Positions 14,031 through 30,193 of a DNA stretch of 64,000 nt are shown here, piece after piece (position 1 is the stretch's first letter; every line of letters begins with the position of its first letter). Source of the DNA: Eledone cirrhosa (Eukaryota); assembly GCA_964016885.1 (NCBI GenBank), contig OZ024745.1, positions 129,952,001-130,016,000 of the forward strand. The letters run 5' to 3'. The notes beneath the pieces were generated by a model that had not been told where the DNA came from, ran no database searches, and saw only the letters and a list, made by a program, of their open reading frames with translations. The position numbers and the translations under genes were made by a program.

Positions 14031-14079
14031 AACTGCAAACACTAATGTTTCTAAGTGATTACGCTTCATCAGTGCAGTT
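14031..14079 (-). ncRNA. Type I hammerhead ribozyme
   Basis: aactgca-CTGATGA-agcg taat cact-ta-GAAA-cat ta gtg-TT-tgcagtt: perfect 7-bp stem I, imperfect stem II. Confidence 0.65.
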
Positions 14080-14110
14080 TACTGCTTACCTGCTAACCGT
14101 CAGAGCCAGA

Positions 14111-14429
14111 GAAAATATATGATATTTTCTGAAATATACAATGACTGTATATTTGCAACTGAATAGAATATTGTTATTAATATTCGAAAAACTCACATTA
14201 CATTTATTGTATTCAGCCATGTAGATCGATAACTATTTGTTAGTTATTTGAATATGGCAAAGCTGGCCATTAATCGCTCGTATACATGAGCTGACTGGCC
14301 TATCTACTGATATGCAAATCTGGCTTATCAGTGGGTCTGCTAATATGGAGATCTGACTGATCAGCCTGTCTGCTAATATGCAAATCAGACCGATCAATCA
14401 ATGTATATTTCAGAAAATATATATTTTCA
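14111..14429. mobile_element. MITE-like element with about 30-bp terminal inverted repeats and three internal 33-bp subrepeats
   Basis: gaaaatatatgatattttctgaaatataca / tgtatatttcagaaaatatatattttc; internal tctgctaatatgcaaatc.gac.gatca repeats at 14304-14400. Confidence 0.55.
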
Positions 14430-14843
14430 CTATTTCTTTTCTATTTTTACCCATTTTATATTATTTTTTTCATTATTCTCACCTATTATACTAATTTGTA
14501 ACTCCTCTTCTTAATCCTTTACCCCATCTTTCTTAGTTAATAGCTTAATCTTTCATAACCGTCTTTAAATATCCCATCTTTTCACTTAATTAATTTTAAC
14601 CCACTCATATTTATAATTATTTCAATTTTAATTTCTACCTATAGTATTTTAAATTTTTTTATATGTTATTATTATAAATAGTATTCCTCTTACTTTATCT
14701 CTTTTGTCCTTAGCATAATTATTAACACCTATGTATACTCCTTTTAACTCACTCATATGTAATACTATTTATAATACACTTCCTATAGTATCCCTCTATC
14801 TTATTTCATTTTAGTATTAACACGCATTATCTAAGCATTTCCT

Positions 14844-15031
14844 AGGGCGGTGAATTGGCAGTATCGGTAGAGGGTTGGACGCCATGCTTTGACGCATAGA
14901 GTTACGGCCCTTGCCATTCTGAGTTCAAATCCTGCCGAGGTTAACTTTGCCTTTCATCCTTACGGGGTCGATAAAATAAAGTACCAGTAATGTACTGGGT
15001 AATTGCTGGCCTTGTGCCAAAAGTAGAAACA
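14844..15031 (+). mobile_element. Full-length tRNA-derived SINE family 1 with 18-bp target-site duplication
   Basis: A-box-like tggcagtatcgg and B-box gagttcaaatcc; TSD attatctaagcatttcct at 14826-14843 and 15032-15049. Confidence 0.93.
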
Positions 15032-15808
15032 ATTATCTAAGCATTTCCTCCTTTTCTGACTTCACATACTATTTGACCATATCCTTTATATACCCCTTAT
15101 TTTAAATTATTTTAATTCGAATTGATATCTATATTTTTTATTTCTTTATCTTTTTATTTTTATTATTAGTACCCTCATTTGCCTTAGCATAACTTATTAA
15201 CCCCTATTTTCTTTTCATCTTTATAGTATTTCCATTTCTTCTTCACTCTACTTCTTCTATGTATGACCCTCAACCTAGACATTCATTCAGCACTACACTT
15301 TAATTAACCACTAGAGCAACATTTGCCTAGTAATTTGACTTATTACACTCTGGAATACATAGCCTGGCCATTAAATATGATAATATTACTTTTCTTCGTA
15401 TCTATCATTTCTTACCCTTTAATTTACAATATACTTTGTATATATTTCCTCCATTATCTTAATATACATCACTCCCTCTAATTATTTTATTTTTAATGAT
15501 TCCTCCGATATTAACACCCTTGATTAATTTTGCATGGTATTTCTTTTCCCACCTAGATTCATTTTTTTTATTCTACGGTTAAGTATAATACTAACACCTA
15601 CCTTCCTTTTTTTAATATTTCCTTAGTAATTTTATTAAATATGTGCTTTGTTTTAATATCAAATTATCTCCCTTTCGTCATATTTATGCCCCTTCTTTCC
15701 TGTTACATATATCCACCATTTTTTGAACGGTTAACTTCTTTGAATTTAAAATGTATTATAATTCTATGTCGGTCCTTCATATACTGACTGGCACGCTTCG
15801 CCTTTTAC

Positions 15809-15856
<48 letters not shown>

Positions 15857-15873
15857 CTCTAACATTTAATTTC

Positions 15874-15931
<58 letters not shown>

Positions 15932-16146
15932 AAAATTAAATGTTAGAGAAAACAATAACAATTTCTTGAACACATATAATTAATGGCTTACAATTGTTTC
16001 AAAAATCATATCAGAATGTAGTTCATACAAATGAAAATTATCAATTATATACTCGATAAGATAATATAACTAAACAATGATGCAATTTCATCTTCAAAAC
16101 TAATAAGAAAATAAACATTAAATAAAAAAATATGTTTTATTGAAGA

Positions 16147-17175
<1,029 letters not shown>

Positions 17176-17451
17176 TGTATATATATGTATATATATATAT
17201 GTATATATATATATATAATTATTTTGTTTGACCTGTTTGGCTTGCCTCGCCTTTTTGGCCTAGGTGGTTGATGGGTTCTTGACTGCCAACTCGGTTTGTT
17301 TCGCCTTTATAACTTATGTTTATTGCTCTAGTCTTTATTTGGTTCATAAAGCGCTTGCCAGCATTACTCGAATATTGCGTTTTCCTTTGTTTTCGACCAC
17401 AGCCGAAATCCGAGCTCGCTAAAATTATATTTACATATATATATATATATG

Positions 17452-17568
<117 letters not shown>

Positions 17569-18394
17569 AGTCTATTTTTGTTTTTACTGACAATGGATTC
17601 TCTGCGAGTCTATTTACTTTTCTAATTGTTAAGTTAATGGTTGAGCTGGTTATCTGTTTATATGGTATTAGTTGATCTGTGATTTCATTTTATTGTTGTT
17701 CCGTTTTATTTGATCGATAAGTGAGTTATATATTTCGGAGAGATTGTTTGATTTTTGTTAATAGATAATTAATAAGTTTTTATTTCAGCCAACTCTGATT
17801 TATTTTATCGTTAAATGAGTGGTTTATTTCGGTGAGATTGTTTGATATTAAGTTAGTTGTTATTTGTTATTTGCAAGGTGATTTTTTTTTCTGATGTTCA
17901 GTCATCTACTGAGTTTAATATCGTTTGATGCCAGTCCTCTTTATGTAGGATGTCGTCAGGATGGTTAATTTGAGTGATTAGTAAGATGATTAAATAGTGA
18001 TTTGCGTTGCGATTTGATTTCAGCTTTTTCCTATGTTAATTATATATTAAGTTAATTGTGATTCCAGGAGATTATTTGTTTTTCTTTTGTTCTTTTTTTA
18101 TCTTAATTATTATTGGCCTTTTTATTAATATATTCAGGGTAGGTTTAAGTATAACGTAATTTTGAGTTCGCTTCCCTTTTGTGTTAGTGGATAGAGTTGG
18201 TTAATTGGTGTTTAATTTGATTCTGCAAAGTCTGCAAAACTGATTGGTCGCTGTACATAAACATAAACAGCGTAAAAACGTGTGGCTTTCAAAGCAGTAA
18301 TTAATGTGGATTTGGTTGATTCTATGCAATGGAATATATTGTTATGGAGGGAATTGTGTTGTGTTTTTTTGTAGGTATACATGGGGTTCTTCAG

Positions 18395-18426
<32 letters not shown>

Positions 18427-18428
<2 letters not shown>

Positions 18429-19727
18429 AATATATTAATAAATGGAAACTATATTTATCAAACCATATTTATTTTATTATATATATTTCAAGGGCAACCA
18501 AGGCAAATTATGGTGCGCTTTCATCAGATAAAATACAGATTTGTTTTATAAATAAATATTGACATACCCGGAAAAAAGACAACCTTAACGGTTGCTTCCT
18601 TGATAGTGGAGATAATATTTTATTGAGGGTAATACAAAGTTATGAGTGAGTATGCAAATGAGTGTCCGAAAAGTTGAAAAGATAACGGTTTATTTAAATT
18701 AAACTGTTGGAAGAAGATGATATGTAAGGGAGAGAAAAAAAAGAAAAGGAAGTAGAAAGAGAGAAGAGGAAAGAAAGAACGATTATACATAGTGATAGTG
18801 GAGATAGACAGAGCGAATGAAGAAATAATTTTAATGGAAAAATATACATATCGTAAATATATCTAAGTGAAAGAAGAAGTGAAAGAAGAAATAGGATTAA
18901 CGTGGAAGAATAATATTTAGAATGTAGGGTTCATTACGTTGTGATTATAATATTTATAATGATAGGTTGAAAAATTAGATTAAAATTAAAAATTAAAAAT
19001 TAAAAATTAAAAATTAAAAATTAAAAATTAAAAATTAAAAATTAAAAATTAAAAATTAAAAATTAAAAATTAAAAATTAAAAATTAAAAATCAAAATTAA
19101 AGATTAAAATTTGCCTTAATATTAAAGATTTAATTTAATATTAATATTAAAAATTAAAAGATTAAAAATTAAAATTAAAACAGAAGTATTTATATTATAT
19201 TAAGATGTATTAGTAATAATATGTTGGGTTAGATGTGTATGTTATGGATTATAAATTATTTAAATAAATATATAGTATTTTACATTAGAGAAAATCTAGT
19301 ATAGTTTAAAGTAAGTTTGGCAAAATTATATTTATTAATAGTTGTAAGTCAAAACTTAAACATCCAAATAATTCTAAATTCATGAAAATTTACGAGAGTT
19401 TACAAAGGAATAACTACGTAATTATATTATAAAAACAGTAAGGAAGTATAAAGGAAGTTAGAAGTGATTTTTTAAGAACTCAAATGATTCCAAGGATACA
19501 TAAAACACTTATTTATTTATTTTTTTATTTATGAGAAGTCATAGTTGTTATAAAGTTTTAAAATGTTATCTTAAGAATATAATTAACACATAAACCATAT
19601 GTTATTTTATAAGAAGTCATAAATTTATCTTCAGAATATAATTAAAACATAAACCATAGGTTATTTTATAAGAAGTCATACTTGTTATAAAGCTTGTTGA
19701 ATCCCAACAAATTAAATATAACCTCTG

Positions 19728-19728
<1 letters not shown>
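18427..19728 (-). mobile_element. Naiad-type PLE 3' UTR fragment (family G) with tail
   Basis: Reverse-complement similarity to 51760-52808; hammerhead at 18470-18535; internal (AAAAATT)n at about 18980-19180. Confidence 0.75.
18470..18535 (-). ncRNA. Type I hammerhead ribozyme, intact core
   Basis: tattttat-CTGATGA-aagcgcacca..tggttgccctt-GAAA-t atat a-TA-ataaaata: perfect 8-bp stem I. Confidence 0.8.
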
Positions 19729-19751
<23 letters not shown>

Positions 19752-19758
<7 letters not shown>

Positions 19759-19820
19759 AATTGAAGTGAAAGCAACTGGTGCGTGTGTTTCTTATTGGCA
19801 ATATAACCCTCCCAAAGTAT

Positions 19821-19826
<6 letters not shown>
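19752..19826 (+). repeat. Family F copy
   Basis: Near-identical to 49142-49216; flanked by (TA)n. Confidence 0.8.
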
Positions 19827-19859
<33 letters not shown>

Positions 19860-20109
19860 CTGAGTTTTTTCGAATATTACATTTATCAGATTACATCTTT
19901 TGTATTCAGCGATGTAGAGCGATAACGTTTTGTATATATAATGTACAAATACGATCACACCTAATTAGAATGAATATTGACGGGGGAAATATTTCTCTTT
20001 GTAATGGTCCTTTTGTTGGATGTTTTCTGTTGTTTTTTTATTTACAAAGTACCATGACACTTTAAATCAAACATAAATAGTTTATATATATCTAATATAT
20101 TTTGACTAT

Positions 20110-20355
20110 CAGACCTCGGAACTCTATTAATTGTAGCGAAAACTGCTGGGAGAAATCGCCGCTATGAAAAACGGATGTTTACATATTTTTCCCTATTTCC
20201 ACTCTACGCGAAAAATAGAAAAGAAATATTAATATTGTTTCCGTTAGAAAAGAGTAATACTAAACCAAACAAGGCAATTTTGAAATTAAGCGTTGTATTC
20301 AGGATACCAAATGGGCCGCATGCGGTTCGCTCGCTGCAGTTTGCCCATGACCGGT
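20110..20355. mobile_element. Possible hAT-derived MITE remnant
   Basis: gggccgcatgcggttcgctcgctgcagtttgcccatgacc resembles hAT/Charlie-type subterminal ends; the left end is poorly defined. Confidence 0.35.
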
Positions 20356-20552
20356 CTAGCCTAATGCAGAATATTGATGAAATGTCCAGAATTAAGAGGA
20401 GGAATTGCTTAAGTCTGGAAAGTTAAATGTCTATGGAATATATTCGAGAACACAATATATTAGAAGATTAGGGTACATTATGGTACATATAAACGTAAGT
20501 TTTGAATTAGAAACGTCGAGGATAACTTGAAGAATCCTAAACATTTCTTCGA

Positions 20553-20622
<70 letters not shown>

Positions 20623-22338
20623 ATATCTATATGTCTACCTATTTCACTGCTTAATTGTGTTACATTTACACGAGACGCAATCTGAAAATTATTAAGTGGA
20701 AAATCTTATGCAAAACAAACTTTCTGAAATAGATGCTAACGATTTTGATAATTGCCTGATATTATCCTGTCACTTGTTGCAAGATGCAAATTACTTCAGC
20801 ATTAAAATGCATGGGTCATTGATCATTCCTTTCAGAATTAACTGCTCACGGGTGACGATGTATATGTTGGTAGTGAACCGAGGTTTACAGTATCACGAAA
20901 TATTATGGTGCAGCAAAAATACTTTTCCTTTACTTTTCATTTCACAGGAACAAACAAGTTATGGATTGCATATAATCTCTTAAATCTTGAGGAATTCCTT
21001 CCTCAACGTTATATTTTTATGGGAAGGAAGAATGCATTGAAGGAAAGAACAAGGAAAGCACATATGAGGCCTAGATGATATATTTGTAAGAATTGGCCAG
21101 AGAAATATATACAAAATAAATTTATTTAGACATAAAATGATGTTGCAATATCAAAAAGAAGTAGATATCAATAGACTGAAAGTTAAAGAGATAATAGAAG
21201 AGAAAGTTCTGAATTGTAGAGAGACCCGACAATGCACAGATAGTTATGCACAGCTAGTTATGTCTCAAAGCTTGTTTTCAGTAGAAACGTACGTCAATTT
21301 AAGTGATGGCACATCAGCACATATTGATAGCAAAGTTCAAGACAATTACTCTTGATGTCACAGCAAATTATGTGCCAGCTAATGCACAGCATGTGCGGAG
21401 GTCGTTGTAATTCCTTTTAATCTTGGTAAAATACATTATAGATTGCGTTTGCGGAAGAAAATAAAATAAAAGTTTATTCGAAGTAAAAGTAAATTTTCTA
21501 AGAAAATGAAAATTAAATTTACTTTAAATTTTTATCCAATAGCTCACTGGGAAAAAGAACATGAAGATTACAGAAAATCATAATTGAAATATAAAATAAA
21601 TATAAGACATATATATATATATATATACGAGAAAACGAAAATTGCTTTTAGAAATAGGATTAAACAATTTTTCTGCGAAACGTGTTTGCTGAAAGAAGCA
21701 GAGTTTCGATTGTTTAGTGAAACTGCAGGTGAATTTCTTTGTTTCGTCTTTCCCAATATCATTTGTGTCGTAAATTAACTAAGTTATATACGAACAGAAT
21801 ACTTCAAATATAGGAGACGTACAATTACTGATTGGTGTTTTATGTTTGTGTTCTTAACCTTGCATACTGCAGAAAAACACATATGAGCACATTTCTAAAA
21901 ATTCAATTTGTAAGTGGAACAGTAAACATATGCATGCATTCTTTAAAATTCCCCACATGACACAATTTATTGTTGTCTACATTTAGGTGGATGAATTAGC
22001 TGTGTTTCACACGTCATGTTTACTAGTAAATTACTTGTGTAATTTCTTCAAATGTGATGAGTAAATCATAACATATATACTCTACACATGCATTTTTATT
22101 ATTCACATGCGAATTGTCACTGATTTCTAGACAGTTTAATATTCAATGCTGACTTGGCTGTCAGATAATACTGGAGCTAATCTATCATATCATAATGTGT
22201 TTCTGGAAACATTTTGGGTTTTAACGATAAGAAGAGTCATATTTAGTGTTATAATTCCAAGGTATTGTCATTTAGAAAAACACACACACACACATGTACA
22301 CATATATATATATATATATATAGCGGCGATGAATATAT

Positions 22339-22441
<103 letters not shown>

Positions 22442-22517
22442 CATATGAGTCTGGAAATAACTGGTGAAATGGCAAGAGCTCAGCCGTCGGGTCCCGACTC
22501 TTTATTATATATATATA

Positions 22518-22920
<403 letters not shown>

Positions 22921-23115
22921 TTTATATATGTATACGCTATATGTTTGCTTCATTCCAGACCCTCTTTGGGGTCTCGGGAGACGTAATTTTTTTGCGTCTA
23001 TCCCACGCCTCACTGGACAGGTCGCAGGCCGATCGGTAGGTTTTGAAGCATGAGATGGAAATGCAATGTTTATTTCCAACATGCGCCTCTATCTAAGGCC
23101 TGAACGCGTCCTTTG

Positions 23116-23224
23116 TTATCCTATGCGAAGTACTTTGCGATATGGTTTGTTTATGATGTTCTCATCATATTGTTGTTTCTGTGGTATTATTGGTGCCAGT
23201 AACCAGTCTGGTACTTTGTCAAAC
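23116..23224 (-). CDS. Possible terminal coding exon of a host gene: FDKVPDWLLAPIIPQKQQYDENIINKPYRKVLRIG-stop
   Basis: Strong acceptor ttctttcttcttttcag at 23225-23241 (minus), 35 open codons in non-repetitive sequence, terminal Gly before the stop. No upstream exon confidently found. Confidence 0.35.
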
Positions 23225-24169
23225 CTGAAAAGAAGAAAGAATTTATACCTTATTGATAGCTTCTATAGAATATTCTTCTAGTTCATGATTAGGTGTAGGC
23301 CTTATAATGCTCGGCGTTCCCTGCCATCAATAACACAGCAGTTTAATAAATGGAAAGATTTCTTTTTTCAGACATCTATACATCTAGAAGTTGTGATGGA
23401 TTGATAAAATACAAATATCATACTATATTATTTTAATAATTGATAGCCTGCCATTATAATAGAAACAAAATATACCTCAACTCATACCTTATCATCGTAA
23501 AAGAAGAATGACACATTCACTAATATAGAGTTATACATATCAAATAAGAAAATATCCCCTGTTTGATAATTTTGATAATGGTTGTTCTGAATAATGATTA
23601 CAAGATGGAGGGTGGATGAGAGCAAAACATTTAATTCATATTGCATATGCGTGAAGATTTTTAAACTTACAAAACTTATTGAAATATCAATTAGGAATAA
23701 CAAGAAAAGAAAATGACAATTCGAACTCAGTGTAATGCTTTCGAAATAAAATGAGATAATTATAAATAACGTTTTTATAAGCCAGGAAAAAACATAAGGT
23801 TGCATGTAACATATGTAAATGTCATGGTTATTTGGGAACATATTGTAGGTTATTATGTAATGTAGCAGTAGATAAAATAGAAACAATGTGTCTTGTAACA
23901 GCTTCTGGAGTGGTGCTGATTAACATGTGTATTGTCTTCAGTTGTTATAGTAACGTTAATGAGACCTGGCAAATAAATAACAATTTGGCCGTGCATACAC
24001 ACCCTACATAAACACAATTAATCCATCTGTATATTTACTAAATCTTATATATACATGCACACAAATATTATCTCAAATGTAGGATTTTTTTGTTTGTATA
24101 TGTATGTGTGCCTGAGTGCGTGTGTGTATGTGCGTGCGTGTGTGTATGTGTGTGTATGTGTGTGTGTGT

Positions 24170-24269
<100 letters not shown>

Positions 24270-24500
24270 CAGTGCGCGCCTTTACAAAATGAGAGTTATA
24301 GACATATATACTCGAACAGCTTCAAATGTACATCTATATGTAAATATGCATACACAAGTATGCATATATATATATATATATATATACTCATTAATACACA
24401 TATATTTACTACAACTCTCCCTCACTATTTCCCTCTCTTTTTCACTATCTTCTCCCCATACCCCATCTCTCTCTCTAAATATATATATGGTGGTTTAATC

Positions 24501-24557
<57 letters not shown>

Positions 24558-24561
<4 letters not shown>

Positions 24562-24734
24562 AAGTATGACCCCGACGTCAGAGCCCAAGCCGTTCGACGG
24601 CTATTTCTGAGTATATAGCCGTCGAAATGGCTTGAGCTCTGCCATCGTGGTCATACTTTTTCCTATTACCCTAAGTATTGAGTACTCTGGTTCGTTATGG
24701 TCCATCTGGTTCCTTACCACATCTCCTTCGTTAT
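24558..24734. mobile_element. PLE-end family A fold-back copy (opposite orientation)
   Basis: Arms 24558-24605 and 24615-24662, then the tail, within (TA)n. Confidence 0.85.
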
Positions 24735-24837
24735 ATATATGTATATATATATATATTTATTAAAATAAAAGATTAAAGTTTAAGCAAAGAATCGCTGCTT
24801 TCACCCTTAACGGGATATATATATATATATATATATA

Positions 24838-25095
24838 TTATAAAATAACAGGAGGCTGGACTGGTGTAATTCCTTAAAGGTTTATTATACTATGAACATT
24901 TCAATAACCAGGTTCAGTATGAATCCGGTGAGATCAGGTTATTATTATTTTATAATAATTAACTCCGTACTCGCACCACCAACAACAGAAACGAAGACGG
25001 GTGGGTTGCATTACGTCAAGTACTCTCCCTAATATTAAGGTTGACCATACGGAATGACCAGTTCTATCCAGTGGTGAAGCAACGAACCTAAATGA
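24838..25095 (+). mobile_element. PLE-end family E fragment
   Basis: 24970-25092 is the reverse complement of 4861-4982; flanked by (TA)n. Confidence 0.65.
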
Positions 25096-25120
25096 ATATA
25101 TATATATATATATATATATA

Positions 25121-25450
<330 letters not shown>

Positions 25451-25497
25451 AAGAGAGAGAGAGAGATAGAGTGAGAGAGGGAGAGAGAGAGAGATAG

Positions 25498-25528
<31 letters not shown>

Positions 25529-25529
25529 G

Positions 25530-25602
<73 letters not shown>

Positions 25603-27249
25603 ATAAATAGATGTATCACAAATACTGTGATGTTCTGACTTTCTTTTTCAAATCACCTGCATTGCCGTGGCGTGTGACTTTGTTATTAGATCAATATGGC
25701 TACCAGTGTTCTATTTTTTATGTCTACCGGAGCATCTTTTCATAGAAGAAGTCTCCGAAATAATGTTGGTGATGTTTAGAAATATGTCAGGATATTGAAC
25801 GTTAGGGTATATTTCACATGCATAAAAGAACTGTTCTTCTGACACGGGCCTTGTAAATGATATACTGATTGCTTATGTGTATATACCTTTGCAGCCACAC
25901 TCAATCTAGCGTTTCGAAATACACGTTAGCTCTCTCCACACTTTGTTCATTTTCTTTATCGAAAATACGAAAACTTAAAAGTGTGTTACGTAGGTAAATA
26001 ACATTGACAACCACAGACGGTTTCGTGCCGCAGAAAAATGTTTATGGCACATAGTAAACGTTTCTAAGAGCAGTAATCAATATCATTTTCTCATCAACGA
26101 ACTTATCCTGTATCCTTACAATTCAAATGTCCCAAATCTATACAAAATATCCCGAGGTCACAGTCATCAGAATTATGTAGATATATGTCTATGAAAACTA
26201 TAGCAAAGATTTTCGATCTCATGTCCTATGTATCTGACGACAAACTGGCTGGTTGCACAACGACAGTGATAATCACCAATATGTTTTCCTTTTACTACCG
26301 ACCTTCGCGGTCTGAAGCAGTATAGGGCTTCTTATATAACCGATTACCAAACATGATGAAGACGTCTCTTTAGAAAAATATACAAAATACCGTACTTATA
26401 TATGAAAGAAAACAAACAGCTTCAACATTAATTTTTCTTACACTTATCCTTACATAGTGACCAAATAATAGTATTTTTACAATTTTGATCGTCAGGCAAT
26501 CTCTGCCAAACCTCATTAAAATCGTTCATATGACATACGCATTTTTAATCCAGCATAAAATGATTATTGAGCGGATTATGCAGAGGAGGTGAAAAAAATT
26601 CATTGTAAAAAAAAATAATCTTAGATATAATATTAAATATTTGACATTGTCACATACATGAGACAAAGTTGAAAAATACTGGCTACAATCGTGGTCTACA
26701 AAAAGTATCGATAAACTTAATAGGTACATATTTCATCAATATTGCAATTAGGAAAGACAGGTCAGAGTAAGTGAGAAAGTAAAGTACCAAAATTAATTAA
26801 CACTAAATATTTAATATACGTTTGTTTCATATGAAATGAAAAGTAACAATATGTGATCGAGTAATGCTACTATATTACATTTCCAATATGATTTGACCTT
26901 TACCTAGTCATGAGAATATAACAATAGTTTTCTTTATATTGGTTTACACTAAAGAGTAAAATAATGGTTTTCATAGAAAAGATCTTTACTTTTACATAAA
27001 TGTCATATTGTAAAAAATAATACACTCCAAATTTTGAGATTGCAAAAATATATTTTTTTCTAAAATGTATCCTATCACAACATCAATTTACGTACATTTT
27101 AGAATTTCAATTCTTCTGGGAATATATTTCAGTGATCAATTTACCTGGAGTTGCTATGTATATAATTCGTTGTGTATATTAGCTTACCTCTCTCTCCTCT
27201 CTCTCCCTCTCTCTCTCTTTCTTTATCTCTCTCTCCCTCCCCCCCCCCT

Positions 27250-27280
<31 letters not shown>

Positions 27281-27367
27281 GTATATATATATATGTGTGT
27301 GTGTGTATGTGTATGTGTGTGTGTGTGCGGGAGTGTGTATCTTTGTGTGCATGTGTGTATGTGTGTG

Positions 27368-27412
<45 letters not shown>

Positions 27413-27413
27413 G

Positions 27414-27493
27414 GGTGTGCGTGTATGTATGTATGCATGTATTATGTATGTATAGGTGAGAGTGTAGGAATGTCGATGTATGTGCTTGCTAAC

Positions 27494-27535
<42 letters not shown>

Positions 27536-27612
27536 GTTAGCAAGAACATACATCGACATTCCTACACTCTCACCTATACATACATAATACATGCATACAT
27601 ACACGCACACCC
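27414..27612. repeat. Inverted duplication centred on (TA)n
   Basis: ggtgagagtgtaggaatgtcgatgtatgtgcttgctaacg / cgttagcaagaacatacatcgacattcctacactctcacc. Confidence 0.9.
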
Positions 27613-27623
27613 ACATACACACG

Positions 27624-27654
<31 letters not shown>

Positions 27655-28995
27655 GAATATGAATATATGTATGCATTTATATATACATAATCTCCTTTTG
27701 GTAAATTTATTTACATTTTCTATTTTTCAGCGTTTTTCTATTAGATCACCCTTATCTCTACTTAAGCCTCTATATTTTGAAATATATATCACACACATTT
27801 CTTCGATTTTTACTTGCCATCAGGTTGAAATCTGTGTCGAATACATATCTATCATTTCAATACTTATTTCATATCTTTATCTATCATACTTTTCCTTCTT
27901 CTTGATTTTTTTTTTCAATTTCACTTTAGACCTCTCCCGTTAGAAATTAATCTTTCCTATGTTACTTGCTGAAATTCATTAATTGGATCATTCTTCCTTC
28001 TCCCCATTTCTATATAGTGTCCTATATGGCGAATGTAGATATCATTTTAAAATGAGAAGAACAAATAGAGATAGTGCATCATGTTAAAAAGTAGAACAGT
28101 TTTCAATCTTTTTTGCATCGTTCGGAACTGCCACATTCATAATTTCTTCAATCTTTCTCTTTTCAGAAACGTCTAAATTTGATAATTAACCATATACCCA
28201 CCTATCTAAGGAGTCATTGCATCTTCTATGTAATTATTGCACCAATATGATATAAAATCTGTCAACACCTATACACGCTGTCATATATAATAAAAAATAC
28301 ATATTTTGAATTTTTTTTTCATATCCACAAAAGTGTAACAATAAATACTAAATAAAATTCATGCCAAAAATCCAATGCTGTTTACAACTTTGCTAAGAAC
28401 TGTTGAATATTACCTCTGACAGAAATAAAAGAATTCGACAGTTACTTAACTAATTGTTCAATATTGCTTTCGAGGAGGAAAACTATGTCGAATAAAAAGA
28501 AGAGAAGAGAAAGAGACGCCCGAATGCCATTACCATCATATTAAATACATTTCTTGGTTTATATTGATAACTAAATAGAGAATGACAGCAATTTATGATT
28601 TTATTTTGAATACAAAATGCTGTTTTTTTTTGTATTATTTTCTTCTTGGCTCATTTGTTTCTTATAACAGTATTCGAGAACATTCTGAAACACTATTGCG
28701 GAAATAACAGGCGATAAGGAAATATGTGTAAGATAACACCCCAACCCACAGAAACAAACATACATATATATATATACACATATACATATATATATTTAAT
28801 TATATATATATATATATGTATATATATTTCTATACATACATATATAAATATATACATATTTTTATGTGTCATTACTTAAGAAAATCAATATGTCTATCTA
28901 ACTATCCATCCTTACTGTTTCCTCTCTTTCTCTCGTTGTCTCTCTTTCTGACTTCTCTCCCTCACAATATGTATGAATAAATAAATACACACACG

Positions 28996-29039
<44 letters not shown>

Positions 29040-29046
29040 GAGAGAG

Positions 29047-29086
<40 letters not shown>

Positions 29087-29089
<3 letters not shown>

Positions 29090-29228
29090 TGAGAAAAACC
29101 ACAGACCCTCCATCTCAACTCTACTTTTGAAAAGCAGAAGAACTACGAAACCGGTAAAGGAACCGAATAAATATATATATATTTTTTAAAATAAGAATCC
29201 AGTTGCATTTTCAATTTCATCTTTATTT

Positions 29229-29232
<4 letters not shown>
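29087..29232 (+). mobile_element. PLE-end family C single arm with U3:A8 hammerhead motif
   Basis: Matches 22690-22818 and 40528-40660. Confidence 0.85.
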
Positions 29233-29307
<75 letters not shown>

Positions 29308-29322
29308 TATACATTTATCGTA

Positions 29323-29380
<58 letters not shown>

Positions 29381-29389
29381 GTATATATT

Positions 29390-29431
<42 letters not shown>

Positions 29432-30018
29432 AATATATATATAAATATATATATACTATGAATAGTAATAAAATAATTGTCGATAGAAATGTTTAAGTAT
29501 CTTTGACAATATATAACAATTGATACTGGGAATATAATAAACATGAACCTAGAAAAGCTAGATGAATATATGTGTGATTGATGCTTAGGAGTAAAAGAAA
29601 TTCATTGAAATGACGCTATCGTTGATTCGAAACATGTGATATCGAAGTGAATAAATTAAATACGTCGGGTTATATTTGTTTAGATGTTTATTTCATATGC
29701 TTTCAATCGGGTCTATCAGAAAATAAACTCTCATGGTAGAAACGAATTCAATGTCTTACTCTCGGTAACATATTACCCTTGATAATAATGGTTTCTAGTT
29801 TACGCACACGACCAGTAACTGCTGAGAGGATGATGACTTCGACTAAATAGTACTTGACGCTTATTTATGTTAACAAACACAGAACGCTGAACGGCAAAGC
29901 AAACCTAGATGGGATTTGAATTCAGGTGCTAAATAGGTGTAGTTCTGAACGAAAATGTACCTTTTAATACGCGATACCTACCTTTCCTATCATCTGTTCA
30001 TTATAATGAATATCAGAT

Positions 30019-30193
30019 TGGCGGTGGATTGGCAGTATCGGTAGCGCATCGGACGCCATTCTTTGACGCCCTTGCTATTCTGAGTTCAAATACCGCCGAG
30101 GTTAACTTTGCCTTTCAGCCATACGGGGTCGATAAAATAAAGTACCAGTAATGCACTGGGTAAATGCTGGCCTTGTGCCAAAAGTAGAAACAG
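30019..30193 (+). mobile_element. SINE family 1
   Basis: Matches 14844-15031; approximate TSD ttataatgaa.atca. Confidence 0.9.

Noticed and set aside
17895-17965. Minus-strand CTGACGA with a short hairpin
   Set aside because: No GAAA/UH at the proper position; the surrounding strand-biased region 17570-18390 could not be assigned
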